A DNA stretch of 64,000 nucleotides from an uncultured bacterium (GTDB lineage: Bacteria > Omnitrophota > Gorgyraeia > Duberdicusellales > CBEUCJ01), in contig CBEUCJ010000001.1 of assembly GCA_965541615.1 (NCBI GenBank), positions 131,754-195,753 on the forward strand. Reading direction: 5' to 3'. Positions 41,347 to 52,881 of the stretch are shown piece by piece. The translations under genes and the position numbers were made by a program. The notes beneath the pieces are model-generated. The model was not told the DNA's origin and did not search any database. It saw nothing but the letters and a program-made list of their open reading frames with translations. Each line of letters starts with the position of its first letter. Within the stretch, counting starts at the first letter, position 1.

Positions 41347-42652
41347 TTGGTTTTATGTAGAGCCTACTAATACCAAAATAGAAGGAGAGATTTTTCTTAA
41401 AGGGGATAAATCTATAACTCATCGTTTAATTATTTTTTCAAGTTTAGCTAGAGGTAAAACTGTAATATTTAATCCCTTAAAATCTGAAGATACTTTAGCT
41501 ACATTAAATATCTTTAAAAACTTGGGTGTTGAGATTGAAGTAGAAAAAGATAGGATGAAGATCAAAGGAAGGGGTAAATATGGTTTGATAGCTCCTTTGA
41601 AAGCTTTAGATTGTAAGGAATCTGGAACTACTATTAGGATTTTGGCAGGATTGCTCTCTGCACAAAAGTTTAGTTCAGTTCTTAGAGCTAAGAAATCTCT
41701 TTTAAACAGACCAATGAAAAGAGTATGCGAACCTTTAAGATTAATGGGAGCTGATATCAAAGGAAGAGTAAAAGATTCTGAAGAGTTTCCGCCATTGAGA
41801 ATAAAAGCTGTTAAATATCTAAAAGGGATAAAGTATAATTTGCCTGTAGCTTCAGCTCAAGTAAAATCTGCTTTGATACTGGCTTCTTTGTATGCTAAGG
41901 GTTCTTGTGAGATAACAGAGCCCTTTAAATCCAGAGATCATACTGAAAGAATTTTAAGTTTTTTAGGAGCAGATATTAAAATAAGGGGTAAAAAGATAAT
42001 AATTAAAAATTCTTTTTTTAAAACTCCCAAAAGATTCTTTATCCCAGCAGATATTTCTTCAGCTTCTTTTTTTATAGCTTTAGCTTTATTAAAAAAAGAT
42101 TCTCATATTAAAATTAAAGATGTTAGTTTAAATCCTACAAGGATTGGTTTTTTGAGAATCTTAAAAAGGATGGGAGCAAAGATTAAACTTTCTTACAAAG
42201 AAAAAGAACCTGAACCCTATGGAGATATAGAAGTCTTCTACTCAAAATTAAAATCTACATTTATAAAAGAAGAAGAAGTTCCTACTTTAATAGATGAACT
42301 CCCTTTATTTATGGTCGTTGCTACTCAAGCAGAAGGAATAAGTTATATTAGTTCCTGTAAAGAGTTGAAAGTAAAAGAGACTGACAGATTAAGATCTATG
42401 ACAGAAAATCTTAGAAAAATGGGAGCCAAAATTTGGATAGAAAAAAAAGGCAATGATTATCAAGTAATAATAAAAGGCCCTACTAAACTCAAAGGCAGAA
42501 TTTTAAATAGTTATTCAGATCATAGGACTTTTTTATCTTTGGTAGTAGCAGCTAATCTTGCAAAATCTGTAAGTAAAATTTCAAATAAAGATTGTGTAAA
42601 TAAATCTTTCCCAGAATTTTTTAAGATTTATAAAATTCTTTTTATTAGTTAA
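41339..42652 (+). CDS. aroA: 3-phosphoshikimate 1-carboxyvinyltransferase (EPSP synthase)
   Basis: LKGDKSITHR and downstream EPSP-synthase blocks. 437 aa. Confidence 0.9.
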   Translation: MNDWFYVEPTNTKIEGEIFLKGDKSITHRLIIFSSLARGKTVIFNPLKSEDTLATLNIFKNLGVEIEVEKDRMKIKGRGKYGLIAPLKALDCKESGTTIRILAGLLSAQKFSSVLRAKKSLLNRPMKRVCEPLRLMGADIKGRVKDSEEFPPLRIKAVKYLKGIKYNLPVASAQVKSALILASLYAKGSCEITEPFKSRDHTERILSFLGADIKIRGKKIIIKNSFFKTPKRFFIPADISSASFFIALALLKKDSHIKIKDVSLNPTRIGFLRILKRMGAKIKLSYKEKEPEPYGDIEVFYSKLKSTFIKEEEVPTLIDELPLFMVVATQAEGISYISSCKELKVKETDRLRSMTENLRKMGAKIWIEKKGNDYQVIIKGPTKLKGRILNSYSDHRTFLSLVVAANLAKSVSKISNKDCVNKSFPEFFKIYKILFIS

Positions 42653-42714
42653 AAAATTTTGAAAAATAATTTTATTGACACTCTTTAATCAGTTTGATAA
42701 ATTTTTGAAAGAAT

Positions 42715-43785
42715 ATGGAATTAAGATTTAAAGAGAAATTAACTAAATTTTTTCATACTTTACTTTCTGTTTTTACTCATGATATAGGTATAGATTTAGG
42801 TACAGCCACTACTTTAGTATATGCAAAAGGTGCAGGTATTATTCTGTGTGAACCTTCAGTGGTAGCTATTCAAAAAGGTACTCGTAAGGTCTTAGCTGTA
42901 GGAGAAGAAGCTAAAAGGATGTTAGGTAAGACTCCAGGTAATATCGTAGCTATTAGACCTCTAAAAGATGGAGTGATAGCTGATTTTGAAGTTACAGAAT
43001 GTATGTTGAGATATTTTATAAAAAAAGTGAATCCTCATAAATTTTCAGGAAGACCCCGAATGGTGATAGCTATCCCTTCAGGTATTACTGAAGTAGAAAA
43101 AAGAGCAGTTAAAGAATCTGCTTATAGAGCAGGAGCAAGAGAGATATTCTGGGTAGAAGAACCTATAGCTGCTGCAATAGGTGTAGGTTTACCAATAGAA
43201 GAACCCACAGGATGTATGATTATCGATATTGGAGGAGGTACGACTGAGATAGCTGTAATTTCTTTAGGAGGAATAGTATTTGCAAAGTCTATTCGTATAG
43301 CAGGTGATGAGATGGATGAAGCCATAGCTGAATATATGAAGAAGACATACAATCTAATGATCGGCGAAAGGACAGCTGAAGAGATAAAGATAAAAATAGG
43401 TTCAGCTTATCCTTTAGAAGAAGAATTAGAGATGGAAGTAAAAGGAAGAGATTTAATAACAGGATTACCTAAAACTATAAAGATTACTTCTGAAGAAGTT
43501 AGAGAAGCTTTAAAAGCACCGATCAATGAAATCTTAGAAGCTACAAAGGTCTCTTTAGAGAAGACCCCACCAGAGTTAGCTGCAGATTTGATAGAAAGAG
43601 GCATAGTATTAGCTGGTGGAGGAGCTTTGTTAAGAGGATTAGATAAATTGATAGCTGAAGAAACAGGTTTACCAGTATTTATTGCAGAAGATCCCATTAC
43701 AGCTGTAGTTCAAGGTACTGGCAAGGTTTTAGAAGAATTTAAGTATTTAAAAAATTTAATTGTTACCTCTCGAGGAGAAGAATAG
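42715..43785 (+). CDS. mreB: Rod shape-determining protein MreB
   Basis: Actin-fold motifs ([18 protein letters not shown]). Confidence 0.95.
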   Translation: MELRFKEKLTKFFHTLLSVFTHDIGIDLGTATTLVYAKGAGIILCEPSVVAIQKGTRKVLAVGEEAKRMLGKTPGNIVAIRPLKDGVIADFEVTECMLRYFIKKVNPHKFSGRPRMVIAIPSGITEVEKRAVKESAYRAGAREIFWVEEPIAAAIGVGLPIEEPTGCMIIDIGGGTTEIAVISLGGIVFAKSIRIAGDEMDEAIAEYMKKTYNLMIGERTAEEIKIKIGSAYPLEEELEMEVKGRDLITGLPKTIKITSEEVREALKAPINEILEATKVSLEKTPPELAADLIERGIVLAGGGALLRGLDKLIAEETGLPVFIAEDPITAVVQGTGKVLEEFKYLKNLIVTSRGEE

Positions 43786-44476
43786 AGTAAAATTTTATAT
43801 CCCTTTTTTAATCTTTTTAATTTTAATTTATATTTTTCTAAGAAAAAAATTAATTTCTTTCTTTTATAAATTTGCAGATACCTTAACTCCTTACCCTTCT
43901 CAACTAGAAACTTTAAAAAAAGAAATAGTTTTTCTAAAAGCAAAGCTTGTTTCTTTGAAAAGTTTGGAGGCAGAAAACAAAAGATTAAAAGAGCTTTTAG
44001 GTTTAAAGGATGAAAATAAGAAAATAATTGTTTCTAAGGTTTTAAGAGTAAATATTTCAGGAGGACACAGAGAAATTTTAATAGATAAAGGCAAAGAAGA
44101 TGGTTTAGAAAAAGGAATGTATGTTTTTAAAAAAGAATATCTTATAGGTCAGATAATAGAGACTTTTGAAAATATGAGTAGAGTCCTTTTAATAAATGAT
44201 GCACACTTTTATTTACCAGTTTATGTTAAAATTTCAGAATCAGAGAGAGAAGAATGCTTATTGAAAGGAAATTTGAAAGGAGAGTTGGAGTTAGAGTTTG
44301 TAGAAAATTTTGAAAAGATAAAAATAGGCAACAAAGTTTATACTCAAAAGTTTTCTTCTTTATTACCAGATATATACATAGGAAAAGTTTACTTTGTTAA
44401 TCCAGAGCAAAAGATAATTAAAGTCTCATCTCCAGCTGATCTTAAAAATTTTGATTTTGTAGTTATTTATAAATGA
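43760..44476 (+). CDS. mreC: Rod shape-determining protein MreC
   Basis: N-terminal TM helix and coiled coil, located after mreB. Confidence 0.75.
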   Translation: MLPLEEKNRVKFYIPFLIFLILIYIFLRKKLISFFYKFADTLTPYPSQLETLKKEIVFLKAKLVSLKSLEAENKRLKELLGLKDENKKIIVSKVLRVNISGGHREILIDKGKEDGLEKGMYVFKKEYLIGQIIETFENMSRVLLINDAHFYLPVYVKISESEREECLLKGNLKGELELEFVENFEKIKIGNKVYTQKFSSLLPDIYIGKVYFVNPEQKIIKVSSPADLKNFDFVVIYK

Positions 44477-44835
44477 GATTTGTTATTTTCTTTTTTTGTT
44501 TTCTTATTCAGACTAAACTCAGCTTTTTAAATTTAGATTTGGATTTTTTAAGTAGCTTTTCTTTAGCTTTCTTTACTAAGAGGAAGAGGTTATTTCTTCC
44601 TACACTTTCTTTTTTTATTAAGGATATTTTAGAATTGAATTTATTCCCTTATACTCTTTTAATCTTTTGTTCCCTTTTATTTTTTAAAAAGAGATTTTTG
44701 AAAGATATTTATTTTTATCTTGCTTTTTTTAGTTTTGAGTGCACATTATATTTATTTAAGAATATCTTTTTCCCTTTTTATTATTACCTCCCTTTTAATA
44801 TAGCTTTAACTTTATTTTTAAGAAAATATGTATAG
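44473..44835 (+). CDS. mreD: Rod shape-determining protein MreD (polytopic membrane protein)
   Basis: 120-aa hydrophobic protein between mreC and mrdA. Confidence 0.55.
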   Translation: MRFVIFFFCFLIQTKLSFLNLDLDFLSSFSLAFFTKRKRLFLPTLSFFIKDILELNLFPYTLLIFCSLLFFKKRFLKDIYFYLAFFSFECTLYLFKNIFFPFYYYLPFNIALTLFLRKYV

Positions 44836-46477
44836 AAATCTAATAGTTATTATCTTACTCTTTTTTTTAGCTGATTACACACTCTTTAATCTTCAGATAG
44901 AAAATTACAAGCTCTATAAGAGACTTTCAGAAAGAAACTGCATAAGGTTTATTCCTCTGTATGGAAAAAGAGGCAGAATTTTAGATGCAAAAGGAAGATT
45001 GTTAGCTGAAGATAAAGAAGTGTATAATTTAGCCGTAAATTCTTCGGAGTTAAGCAGAGAGAGTTTAAATTTTTTGAGTAAAACATTAAAGATATCTATC
45101 AAAGAGATTAAAGATTTAATAAAAAAAAATTATAATTATTTTTTTCCTACCATATTAAAGAGAAATTTGAGTAAAAAAGAAATTTTTTTATTTAAAATGA
45201 ATGAAAAATTTTATCCTGAAATCACTGTTTTGAAAACATTTAAGAGAAGATACAATTTTAGAAAAATATTCTCTCATGTTTTAGGGTATACTGTGAATCT
45301 CACTCCTATTAAAAAACAAATTTTTAAAAAATATGGTTTAGATATTCCTAAAAGAGAAGGGGCAAAAGGTATAGAGAAGATCTTCGATGAATATTTAAGA
45401 CCTGAAAATGGAATAATAGAAATAAAAGTAGATTCCAAACTTAAAATTATAGAGATTTTGGCGATTAAAAAACCTAAAAAAGGAAAAGATATCCAACTAA
45501 CTTTAGACGCAGAATTTCAAAAAGTAGCTTTTTCAGCTTTGAAAAATTTTAAAGGTGTAATTATCTTTGGAGATATAAAAGGTAAAATTATAAGTCTGGT
45601 AAGTAAACCTAGTTTTGATATCCAAAGATTTGTAGATAAAGATAATGAGTATATAAAAAAAATAATGCAGTCTAAAAATGCTCCTCTTTTAAATAGAGCT
45701 ACTCAAGGAGTTTATCCTCCAGGTTCTATATTTAAGCTAGTATTAAGTGTGGGAGCCTTACAAGAAAATTTGATTTCAATAAATGATAAATTCTTTTGCA
45801 GTGGAGAGTTTAAATATGGAAATAGAATATTTAAGTGTTGGTCAGAACACGGATATCAAAATATAATTTCAGCTATTAAGAATTCATGCAATGTGTATTT
45901 TTATAATCTAGGTTTAAAGATGGGCAAAAAAAATATTTTAAAATATGCAGATCTTTTAGGATTTTCTCAAAAAACAGGGATTGAATTAGAAGAAAAAAAA
46001 GGATACTTACCTTCTGGGGATCTTTCAGAAACTAATGTTCTTAATATTTCTATAGGTCAGGGCAAAATTTTAGTTACGCCCATTCAAGTTTTTAAATTAA
46101 TGTGTTTCATTGCTAACAAAGGTAATTTAGTTAAACCTTACCTTATAAAGAGAATAGGAGAAATAGAATTTAAACCCGAATTGAAACCTTTAGGAATTAA
46201 AGAAAAAAATCTTGAGATAATAAAGATGGGAATGAGGAGAGCTGTTCAAGATGGTACTGCACAGATATTAAGTAAATTAAAACTTAATATATGTGCTAAA
46301 ACTGGGACTGCTCAGAATCCTAAAAAACCTCATAGTTGGGTAGCAGGTTTTTTCCCTTACAAAAAACCTAAATATGTGTTTGTGGTATTGCTTGAGCATG
46401 GAGGTTCAAGTATAAACGCTTGCAAGATAGCTTTTAGATTTTTGAAAGGACTTAAAGAAAAAGGGTTAATAAGATGA
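44828..46477 (+). CDS. mrdA: Penicillin-binding protein 2 (elongasome transpeptidase)
   Basis: Transpeptidase SxxK (GSIFK), SxN (NSCN) and KTG (KTGTA) motifs. Confidence 0.9.
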   Translation: MYRNLIVIILLFFLADYTLFNLQIENYKLYKRLSERNCIRFIPLYGKRGRILDAKGRLLAEDKEVYNLAVNSSELSRESLNFLSKTLKISIKEIKDLIKKNYNYFFPTILKRNLSKKEIFLFKMNEKFYPEITVLKTFKRRYNFRKIFSHVLGYTVNLTPIKKQIFKKYGLDIPKREGAKGIEKIFDEYLRPENGIIEIKVDSKLKIIEILAIKKPKKGKDIQLTLDAEFQKVAFSALKNFKGVIIFGDIKGKIISLVSKPSFDIQRFVDKDNEYIKKIMQSKNAPLLNRATQGVYPPGSIFKLVLSVGALQENLISINDKFFCSGEFKYGNRIFKCWSEHGYQNIISAIKNSCNVYFYNLGLKMGKKNILKYADLLGFSQKTGIELEEKKGYLPSGDLSETNVLNISIGQGKILVTPIQVFKLMCFIANKGNLVKPYLIKRIGEIEFKPELKPLGIKEKNLEIIKMGMRRAVQDGTAQILSKLKLNICAKTGTAQNPKKPHSWVAGFFPYKKPKYVFVVLLEHGGSSINACKIAFRFLKGLKEKGLIR

Positions 46478-47541
46478 GAGTGTATATTTGTTTAATTTTA
46501 ATAACTTTAGTTAGTTGTATACTAAATTACAGCGCTATGAGTTATAACTCAAGATTAGTCTTTACAGAAAGGTTTGCCAAACACTTAATATTTTTATCAG
46601 TTGGCTGGTTATTCTTTTTATTCTTTAAAAAGAAAAAGAATCTAAAGGTTTATGAATTCAGCACACTCTTATATTTTCTTACAATTTTACTTTTAGTATT
46701 ACTATTTTTTTTCGGTAAAAGAATAGGAGGAGCTGTAAGATGGTTTAGAATAGGTACATTTTCTTTTCAACCTTCAGAGTTATCAAAACTTAGTCTAATT
46801 TTATTCTTAAGTTTTTGGTACCATAGATATTTATCAGAGTACAGTCTTTTTACCAAATATAAAATTTTAAAAGAGTTTTTTTTACCTTTATTTTTTACGA
46901 GTATTTTTTCTATACTTGTTTTCTTTCAGCCAGATTTAGGTACCTCTTTAGAGCTTCTTTTATTTTTCTTCTTAATTTACCTTTTGCTCCCTTTTAAAAA
47001 ATACCCTCTAATCTTTTTAATAGTTTTTTTTGTTATCCTGTTACCTTATATTTTTTCACATCTAAAACCTTATCAACAAAATAGAATATTAGTTTTTATA
47101 AATCCTCAAATAGACCCTTTAGGAGCAGGTTTCAGCACTATGCAGGCAAAGATAGCTATAGGTTCAGGTGGATTAGTAGGAAAAGGATTTTTAAAAGGTT
47201 CACAATCTCAATTAAATTTTTTACCTGAAAGGCATACTGATTTTGTATTTAGTGTTTGGTGTGAAGAGTGGGGGTTTATAGGAGCTAACTTTTTATTTTT
47301 CTTGTATTTTTATCTTTTTTATTTGATATTAAAAGAATTTCAAAATTCTCTTACAAATTTTAAAAGAATGATTTGCTTAGGTGCTTTAATCCATTTTTCA
47401 TTACATTTTTTTATAAATATCTTTATGTGTTTAGGATTGTTACCTGTGGTAGGTTTACCTTTACCTTTTTTAAGTTATGGTGGTTCACACACTTTAATAA
47501 ATTTTATTCTTTTAGGCTTAGTTTTTAATAAATATCTTTGA
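46474..47541 (+). CDS. rodA: Peptidoglycan glycosyltransferase RodA (SEDS family)
   Basis: About 10 TM helices and SEDS conserved blocks. Follows mrdA. Confidence 0.85.
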   Translation: MRVYICLILITLVSCILNYSAMSYNSRLVFTERFAKHLIFLSVGWLFFLFFKKKKNLKVYEFSTLLYFLTILLLVLLFFFGKRIGGAVRWFRIGTFSFQPSELSKLSLILFLSFWYHRYLSEYSLFTKYKILKEFFLPLFFTSIFSILVFFQPDLGTSLELLLFFFLIYLLLPFKKYPLIFLIVFFVILLPYIFSHLKPYQQNRILVFINPQIDPLGAGFSTMQAKIAIGSGGLVGKGFLKGSQSQLNFLPERHTDFVFSVWCEEWGFIGANFLFFLYFYLFYLILKEFQNSLTNFKRMICLGALIHFSLHFFINIFMCLGLLPVVGLPLPFLSYGGSHTLINFILLGLVFNKYL

Positions 47542-47569
47542 TATAATTAATAAATAATTTCTGTTAAAA

Positions 47570-48625
47570 GTGAAGAAAATAGTTTTAATTACTGGTTCTT
47601 GTGGATTAGTAGGAGCAAGCTGTTCTGAATTTTTTTCTAAAAAAGGTTTTAAAATCATAGGAATAGATAACAATACAAGAGAAAGATTATTTGGGAAATT
47701 AGGTTCTATCAATAAGATTAAATACTATCTTAAAGAGAAAATTTCAGATTACACACATTTTGATTTAGATATTTGTGATGAAAAGAATATAGAGGATCTT
47801 TTTAAAGAATATAAATTTGATCTAATAATTCACGCTGCTGCTCAACCTTCACATGACTGGGCAAAGAAATACCCTTTATTCGATTTTAAAATAAATGCTT
47901 ATGGAACTCTTATTCTTTTAGAAAATTTTAGAAAATACAACTCTCAAGCTGTTTTCATATTCTTATCGACTAACAAAGTATATGGAGATAAAGTAAATTA
48001 TTTACCTTTTGTAGAGTTAGAAAAAAGATTTGATCTTTTACCTTCCCATCCTTACTATAAAGGAGTAGATGAAAAAATGGGTGTAGATAATACTTTACAT
48101 AGTCTTTTTGGAGCTTCTAAATTATCTGCAGATATTTTAGTTCAAGAATATGGTAAATACTACGGTTTAAAGACAGCTTGTTTTCGATGTGGTTGTATCA
48201 GTGGAAAGTTTCACTGTGGTGTAGAGCTTCATGGATTTTTATCTTATCTTGTAAGGTGTTTTATTTTAAATAAAAAGTATGTAATCTATGGTTATAAAGG
48301 AAAACAGGTAAGAGATAACTTACATGCTTATGATTTGGCAAAAGCTTTTTATTTATTTTATCTCAATCCTAAATATGGAGAAATCTATAATTTAGGAGGA
48401 GGTCGTTTTTCCAATGTCTCTGTTCTTGAAGCTATTTCTATCTGTGAGAAGATTTGTGGTAAAAAGATAGAAATAGAATATAAAGATGAAAATAGGATAG
48501 GTGATCATATTTGGTGGATTACAGATAATTCTAAGTTTAAAAAAGATTTTCCTGATTGGGAGCTTACTTATAATGTAGAAAAGATTATAGAGGAGATTTA
48601 TTTATTTCAGAAAAATAATTTTTAA
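47570..48625 (+). CDS. NAD-dependent sugar epimerase/dehydratase
   Basis: GTG start, Rossmann motif ITGSCGLVGAS, and a YxxxK catalytic dyad region. Confidence 0.8.
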   Translation: MKKIVLITGSCGLVGASCSEFFSKKGFKIIGIDNNTRERLFGKLGSINKIKYYLKEKISDYTHFDLDICDEKNIEDLFKEYKFDLIIHAAAQPSHDWAKKYPLFDFKINAYGTLILLENFRKYNSQAVFIFLSTNKVYGDKVNYLPFVELEKRFDLLPSHPYYKGVDEKMGVDNTLHSLFGASKLSADILVQEYGKYYGLKTACFRCGCISGKFHCGVELHGFLSYLVRCFILNKKYVIYGYKGKQVRDNLHAYDLAKAFYLFYLNPKYGEIYNLGGGRFSNVSVLEAISICEKICGKKIEIEYKDENRIGDHIWWITDNSKFKKDFPDWELTYNVEKIIEEIYLFQKNNF

Positions 48626-49736
48626 AATAACAAATATTAAAATCAAAAACTTATTATCTTATATAATAGCTGCTTTCCTTTTCTTACGCCCTTTCATTAG
48701 TGATCTTACTTTTGAAAAAATAGAGATTTATTTTTCATCTCTTTTTGATCTGTTTCTCTTTTTAGAAATATTTAAAAAATTCAAAAAAAAGTTTTATGCT
48801 AAATTAGTCTCTTTCTTTTTCTTAAGCTTATTAATTAATTGCGTTTATTCTCACTCTCCTATTTTAAGTACAATTTACTTTTGTAAAAAATATGTCTTTT
48901 GTCTACTCCTTTTTTATTTTTTTCTTTTAAAAACAGAAAGAGAGCTATTTTATAGAATAATTATACTTAGTGCTTTTTTTATTCTCCTTCTTAGCTTACA
49001 TGCTCATTTTGTAGTTGCGACTCATTTAAAAGAAAAGAGTGCCTCTTGGTTTATCTATGAGTTTCTTTCTCGAAAAAGGTTATTTTTTCCTTTTGTGTTA
49101 CCAGCACATTTAGCAGGATTTTTATCTATGGTTATGTTTTTCCATTACAGGACTATTTCTAACAAATTTTTGAAGATAAGTGGTTTGGTGTTCTTTCTTT
49201 TTGGCTTACTTTTAACACAATCTATAGCAGCAGTCTTTTCTCTTTTAATGAGTGTTTTTCTATGTTTATTAATTAAAAAGAAATACAAAAGAATTTTTCT
49301 TTTACTTATACCTTCTATTTTTTTGTTAGCTTTGGTATTCTTTTTACGTCTTCAATATCATAAGGACTTTACTCAACCTTATTTTTCTCTTTTAAAAAGA
49401 ATTGAATATTTTAAAGAGACGATAAAATTAATTTCTAAACATCCTCTTCGAGGAGTGGGTATAGGTTTATTTTCTTTAAAAAATACATTGTTTTCTCATA
49501 ATCTCTTTCTTCAATTATGGGCAGAAGCAGGATTTTTAAGTTTTGTATTATTTTTAATTATTTGTATCTTTTTTATAAAGAAAGGAATGAGAGTAAAAGA
49601 AGAAAAAGATTTTTATATTTTTATAGCTGGAGTATGTTTTCTCATACATAACTTAGTAGATTTTACTTTCTTCACTTTGCAAGTTTCTTTTTTATGGTGG
49701 ATTTGTTTGGGAGTAATTTTAAGTAAGAGCGAGTAA
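48573..49736 (+). CDS. O-antigen ligase / Wzy_C-family polymerase-like membrane protein (the ORF track gives only the C-terminal 213 aa, from 49095)
   Basis: Wzy_C signature H-N-x-x-L-x-x-x-x-E-x-G (SHNLFLQLWAEAGF). The frame is open and hydrophobic for about 175 additional codons upstream of the first ATG (back to 48573) but has no in-frame ATG/GTG/TTG there. Confidence 0.55.
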
Positions 49737-50687
49737 AATTACTTTTAAAGAACATAAAAAAGATAATCCAAAAAAAATAAAAAACCACAGAAATTTTTTT
49801 AAAAAAAGAAAGATACTGCTACTTGCCCATAGAGATGTTAAGAAATAAATTAAGAAAAGAGAAAAATAATAATTATTGGTTTTTCTAAATAATCTTAAAA
49901 AAAGATGGTCTTGAGTTTTTTTAAAAGGGAAGATTCTCTTTTTAATTCTTACAAGTATAAGAAATAAAGTATCTAATATAGGCAATCCTAAGAGTAATAC
50001 AGGAACAAAGATAGCAAAAACATTCTCTAAATTAGCATAGTCAATATACATGCTGATTCCTGCAAAAAGAAATCCTAAAAAATGGCTCCCAGAGTTTCCC
50101 ATAAACATCTTTGCAGGAGGAAGATTAAAAATATAAAAAATACTTAAAGAGACAAAAAGAGAAAAGAAAAAGAAGGAAAGTAAGTAATCTTTAAGAAGAA
50201 TACAAATAAAGAGAAAAAAAAGATTAACAATTAAACTTACTCCACTACATAATCCATCTTTTATATCTAAAAGATTAAAAGCATTCATAATTCCTATTAT
50301 CCAAAGAAAAGAAAGTATAAAATTTAAAAAGGAAGGAAAAAAATATATTTGAATTCTTTTAGCAAAAATAAGAAAGATAAGACAAAAAAATATATGTAGA
50401 ATAAACTTTTTTTTAAGATCAAATTCTTTTAAATCATCAAAAAATTCGATTAAAAAAATTAGAAAAGAAAACAAAAGCAAGATTTTAAAATCTTTATCTA
50501 AAGAAATGTTTTCAATAAATACAAATATAAAAAAGCTAAGGAAAAAAGAAAGAATAATTCCCAATCCTCCTAAAAAAGAGACTTTTTCTTTTGTTTTAAA
50601 AATATTAAACTTAGAAGAAAAAAAAGAAATAAAAGAAAATATAATTGGAGTTATAATTAAGGGATAAAAAAATATACTTACTTTCAT
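49719..50687 (-). CDS. Polyprenyl-phosphate glycosyl-1-phosphate transferase (WecA/MraY family)
   Basis: N..DG.DGL-type motif (NAFNLLDIKDGLCSG) and FMGNSGSHFLG. Polytopic membrane protein. Confidence 0.75.
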   Translation of the reverse strand: MKVSIFFYPLIITPIIFSFISFFSSKFNIFKTKEKVSFLGGLGIILSFFLSFFIFVFIENISLDKDFKILLLFSFLIFLIEFFDDLKEFDLKKKFILHIFFCLIFLIFAKRIQIYFFPSFLNFILSFLWIIGIMNAFNLLDIKDGLCSGVSLIVNLFFLFICILLKDYLLSFFFFSLFVSLSIFYIFNLPPAKMFMGNSGSHFLGFLFAGISMYIDYANLENVFAIFVPVLLLGLPILDTLFLILVRIKKRIFPFKKTQDHLFLRLFRKTNNYYFSLFLIYFLTSLWASSSIFLFLKKFLWFFIFFGLSFLCSLKVILLALT

Positions 50688-51784
50688 AATTTTTGATAAA
50701 GCATCTCTATTTCTCTAATATAACGCTGATAAGACCAATATTCTGTATTTAATCTTTCTCTTTCTTTTTTTATTATTCTATTCCATTCATCTATATTCTT
50801 CAACATTTCTACACATATTTTCCCTAAATTTTTTATATCTTTAAACTCTACTACAAGCCCTTGTTTTTTATTTTTTACAATATCCAAAACTCCTCCTGTG
50901 TTGGTTACAATTAAAGGTATGCCACTTATTACTGCTTCTATTACCGATAAAGGAAGCCCTTCCCAAAGAGAAGTTAATACAAAAATAATCGTTTTTTTAT
51001 AAAAATATGTAATATCTCTTTGCCATCCTAAAAGAAATACATTTTTATCTAATCTTTTCTTTTTTATTAATCTTTTTATTTTTTTTCTTAAAGGTCCATC
51101 TCCTAAAATATAAAATTTAATTTTAGGAAAAATCTTTAAAACATCTTCTGCCATATTTAAAAAATACTTTAAACCTTTCTGAGGTTTTAAAGAAGAGACA
51201 GTGATGATAAAATTATTTGAATTTCTTTCTTTAAATACTTTCTCAAAAATATTCGTTTCAATTCCATAATGAATAAGTTTTAATTTGGAAATAGGAATTA
51301 TTTTTTTGCCTTCATTTAGGTCTTTTTTAGAGACTACAATGATTTTTTTTGTAATTTTAGCTGTCAGTTTTTCTAAAAAAAGATAAAGATAATAACTCAC
51401 AGGAGAGATAAATTTGTGGAATGGCCAACCATGCACTGTGTAGACAATATTTTTGCAACCTGCAAAGAAAGCAGCCCATCTGCCTAAAAAACTTGCTTTT
51501 GGAGAATGGGTGTGAATAATATCAAATTTATGCTTCTTTATATATAAAAATATTTTTATGAAGGCAAATATATCATAAAAAATGTTTATTTCTCTTTTTA
51601 ATTCTTTAATTAGGTAAACTTTTAAATAAGGAATCTTTAAAAAATCTTTTTTTAAAAATCCATAATCACCTGCTAAAAGGAAAAGTTTATATTTTTTAGG
51701 ATCAAGATTTTTAATGAGAAGTAAAAGCTCTTTTTGAGCTCCTCCTAATTCTAAATGAGTAATGATAAACAATATTTTTTTCAT
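50684..51784 (-). CDS. GT4-family glycosyltransferase
   Basis: GT-B fold with the E(x7)E region (LTSLWEGLPLSVIEA). Confidence 0.8.
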   Translation of the reverse strand: MKKILFIITHLELGGAQKELLLLIKNLDPKKYKLFLLAGDYGFLKKDFLKIPYLKVYLIKELKREINIFYDIFAFIKIFLYIKKHKFDIIHTHSPKASFLGRWAAFFAGCKNIVYTVHGWPFHKFISPVSYYLYLFLEKLTAKITKKIIVVSKKDLNEGKKIIPISKLKLIHYGIETNIFEKVFKERNSNNFIITVSSLKPQKGLKYFLNMAEDVLKIFPKIKFYILGDGPLRKKIKRLIKKKRLDKNVFLLGWQRDITYFYKKTIIFVLTSLWEGLPLSVIEAVISGIPLIVTNTGGVLDIVKNKKQGLVVEFKDIKNLGKICVEMLKNIDEWNRIIKKERERLNTEYWSYQRYIREIEMLYQKL

Positions 51785-52881
51785 AGTTTGGAGAAAAGAT
51801 CATTAATTTTAGATTCATAAAAAGAAAAAGAAAACTCTTTAGGTAAAAAAAGTTTTTTTTCTGAAATAGGTTTTTTTATTTTTTGGATAACTTTTTCTAA
51901 TTCATTTAACTCAAATATATTTCTGCTTTTGAAGATCTCTTTTATCTCTTTTGCTCCTCCTTTGAAAGGGAAAAATACATATTTACCATAAAAAATAGCT
52001 TCTAAGATAGCTATTCCAAAAGGCTCTTCTTTTAAAAAAGGAAAAACACAAATATCTGATAAAGATAAGATTTTATCTATGTCTTTTCTGAAACCTAAAA
52101 GATATACATTTTTTAATCCTTCTTTTTCAATAAACTTTTTTATTTTCTTCTTATAAAGTTTATTTTTTAAAGTAAAAGGAGTAATCTCTCCTACAATTAA
52201 GATGATTAAATTTTTCTTTTCTTTAATCACTCTTTTATAAGTCTTTAAAAATTCAAGTTGGCCTTTTTCTGGATGGATACGGGAGATGATACTCAAAATT
52301 ATAGATTCTTTAGGAAAGCCCATTTCTTTTCTTAAAATAAATTTATCATAAAAATTAAATCTTTCTTCATCTACCCCTTCATATATAAGATATGTTTTTT
52401 TAGAAAGAAAAAGTTTTTCTTTTATCGCCTGAGATTGTACAACTATAACATCAGAAAGTGCAGAAACTATTTTTCCCAATATATAATTTAAAGGCGAAAG
52501 GAAAAAGAATTCTCTTATATACCAAACGTGTTTTTTAAAAGTTATTTTTGCTACCAAAGATGAAAAATAAATTAATAAAGAATTAGTAACGATAATGTCA
52601 ATGGGTTTTTTAATTACATAAAAAGAAAAATAAAGAAAAGAAAAAAGAGAAAATAAAAGAAACTTTAAATAATAAATTGGAGAAAGAGAAAAGATCAAAA
52701 CAGGAAGAGGAAAGATAATAATTTTTACATTCAATTTTTTTAATTCTTCTTCTAAAGGCCCCTTTTTAGGAATAACACAGATAATCTCAAATTTTTTTGA
52801 TAACGCTTTTATTAAATTGATCAATCCTCTTTCAGCTCCATAAAGATAATTTCCTGGGTTAAATATAAGAATTTTTTTCAT
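51781..52881 (-). CDS. GT4-family glycosyltransferase
   Basis: GT-B fold (FPFLKEEPFGIAILEA). Confidence 0.75.
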   Translation of the reverse strand: MKKILIFNPGNYLYGAERGLINLIKALSKKFEIICVIPKKGPLEEELKKLNVKIIIFPLPVLIFSLSPIYYLKFLLFSLFSFLYFSFYVIKKPIDIIVTNSLLIYFSSLVAKITFKKHVWYIREFFFLSPLNYILGKIVSALSDVIVVQSQAIKEKLFLSKKTYLIYEGVDEERFNFYDKFILRKEMGFPKESIILSIISRIHPEKGQLEFLKTYKRVIKEKKNLIILIVGEITPFTLKNKLYKKKIKKFIEKEGLKNVYLLGFRKDIDKILSLSDICVFPFLKEEPFGIAILEAIFYGKYVFFPFKGGAKEIKEIFKSRNIFELNELEKVIQKIKKPISEKKLFLPKEFSFSFYESKINDLFSKL

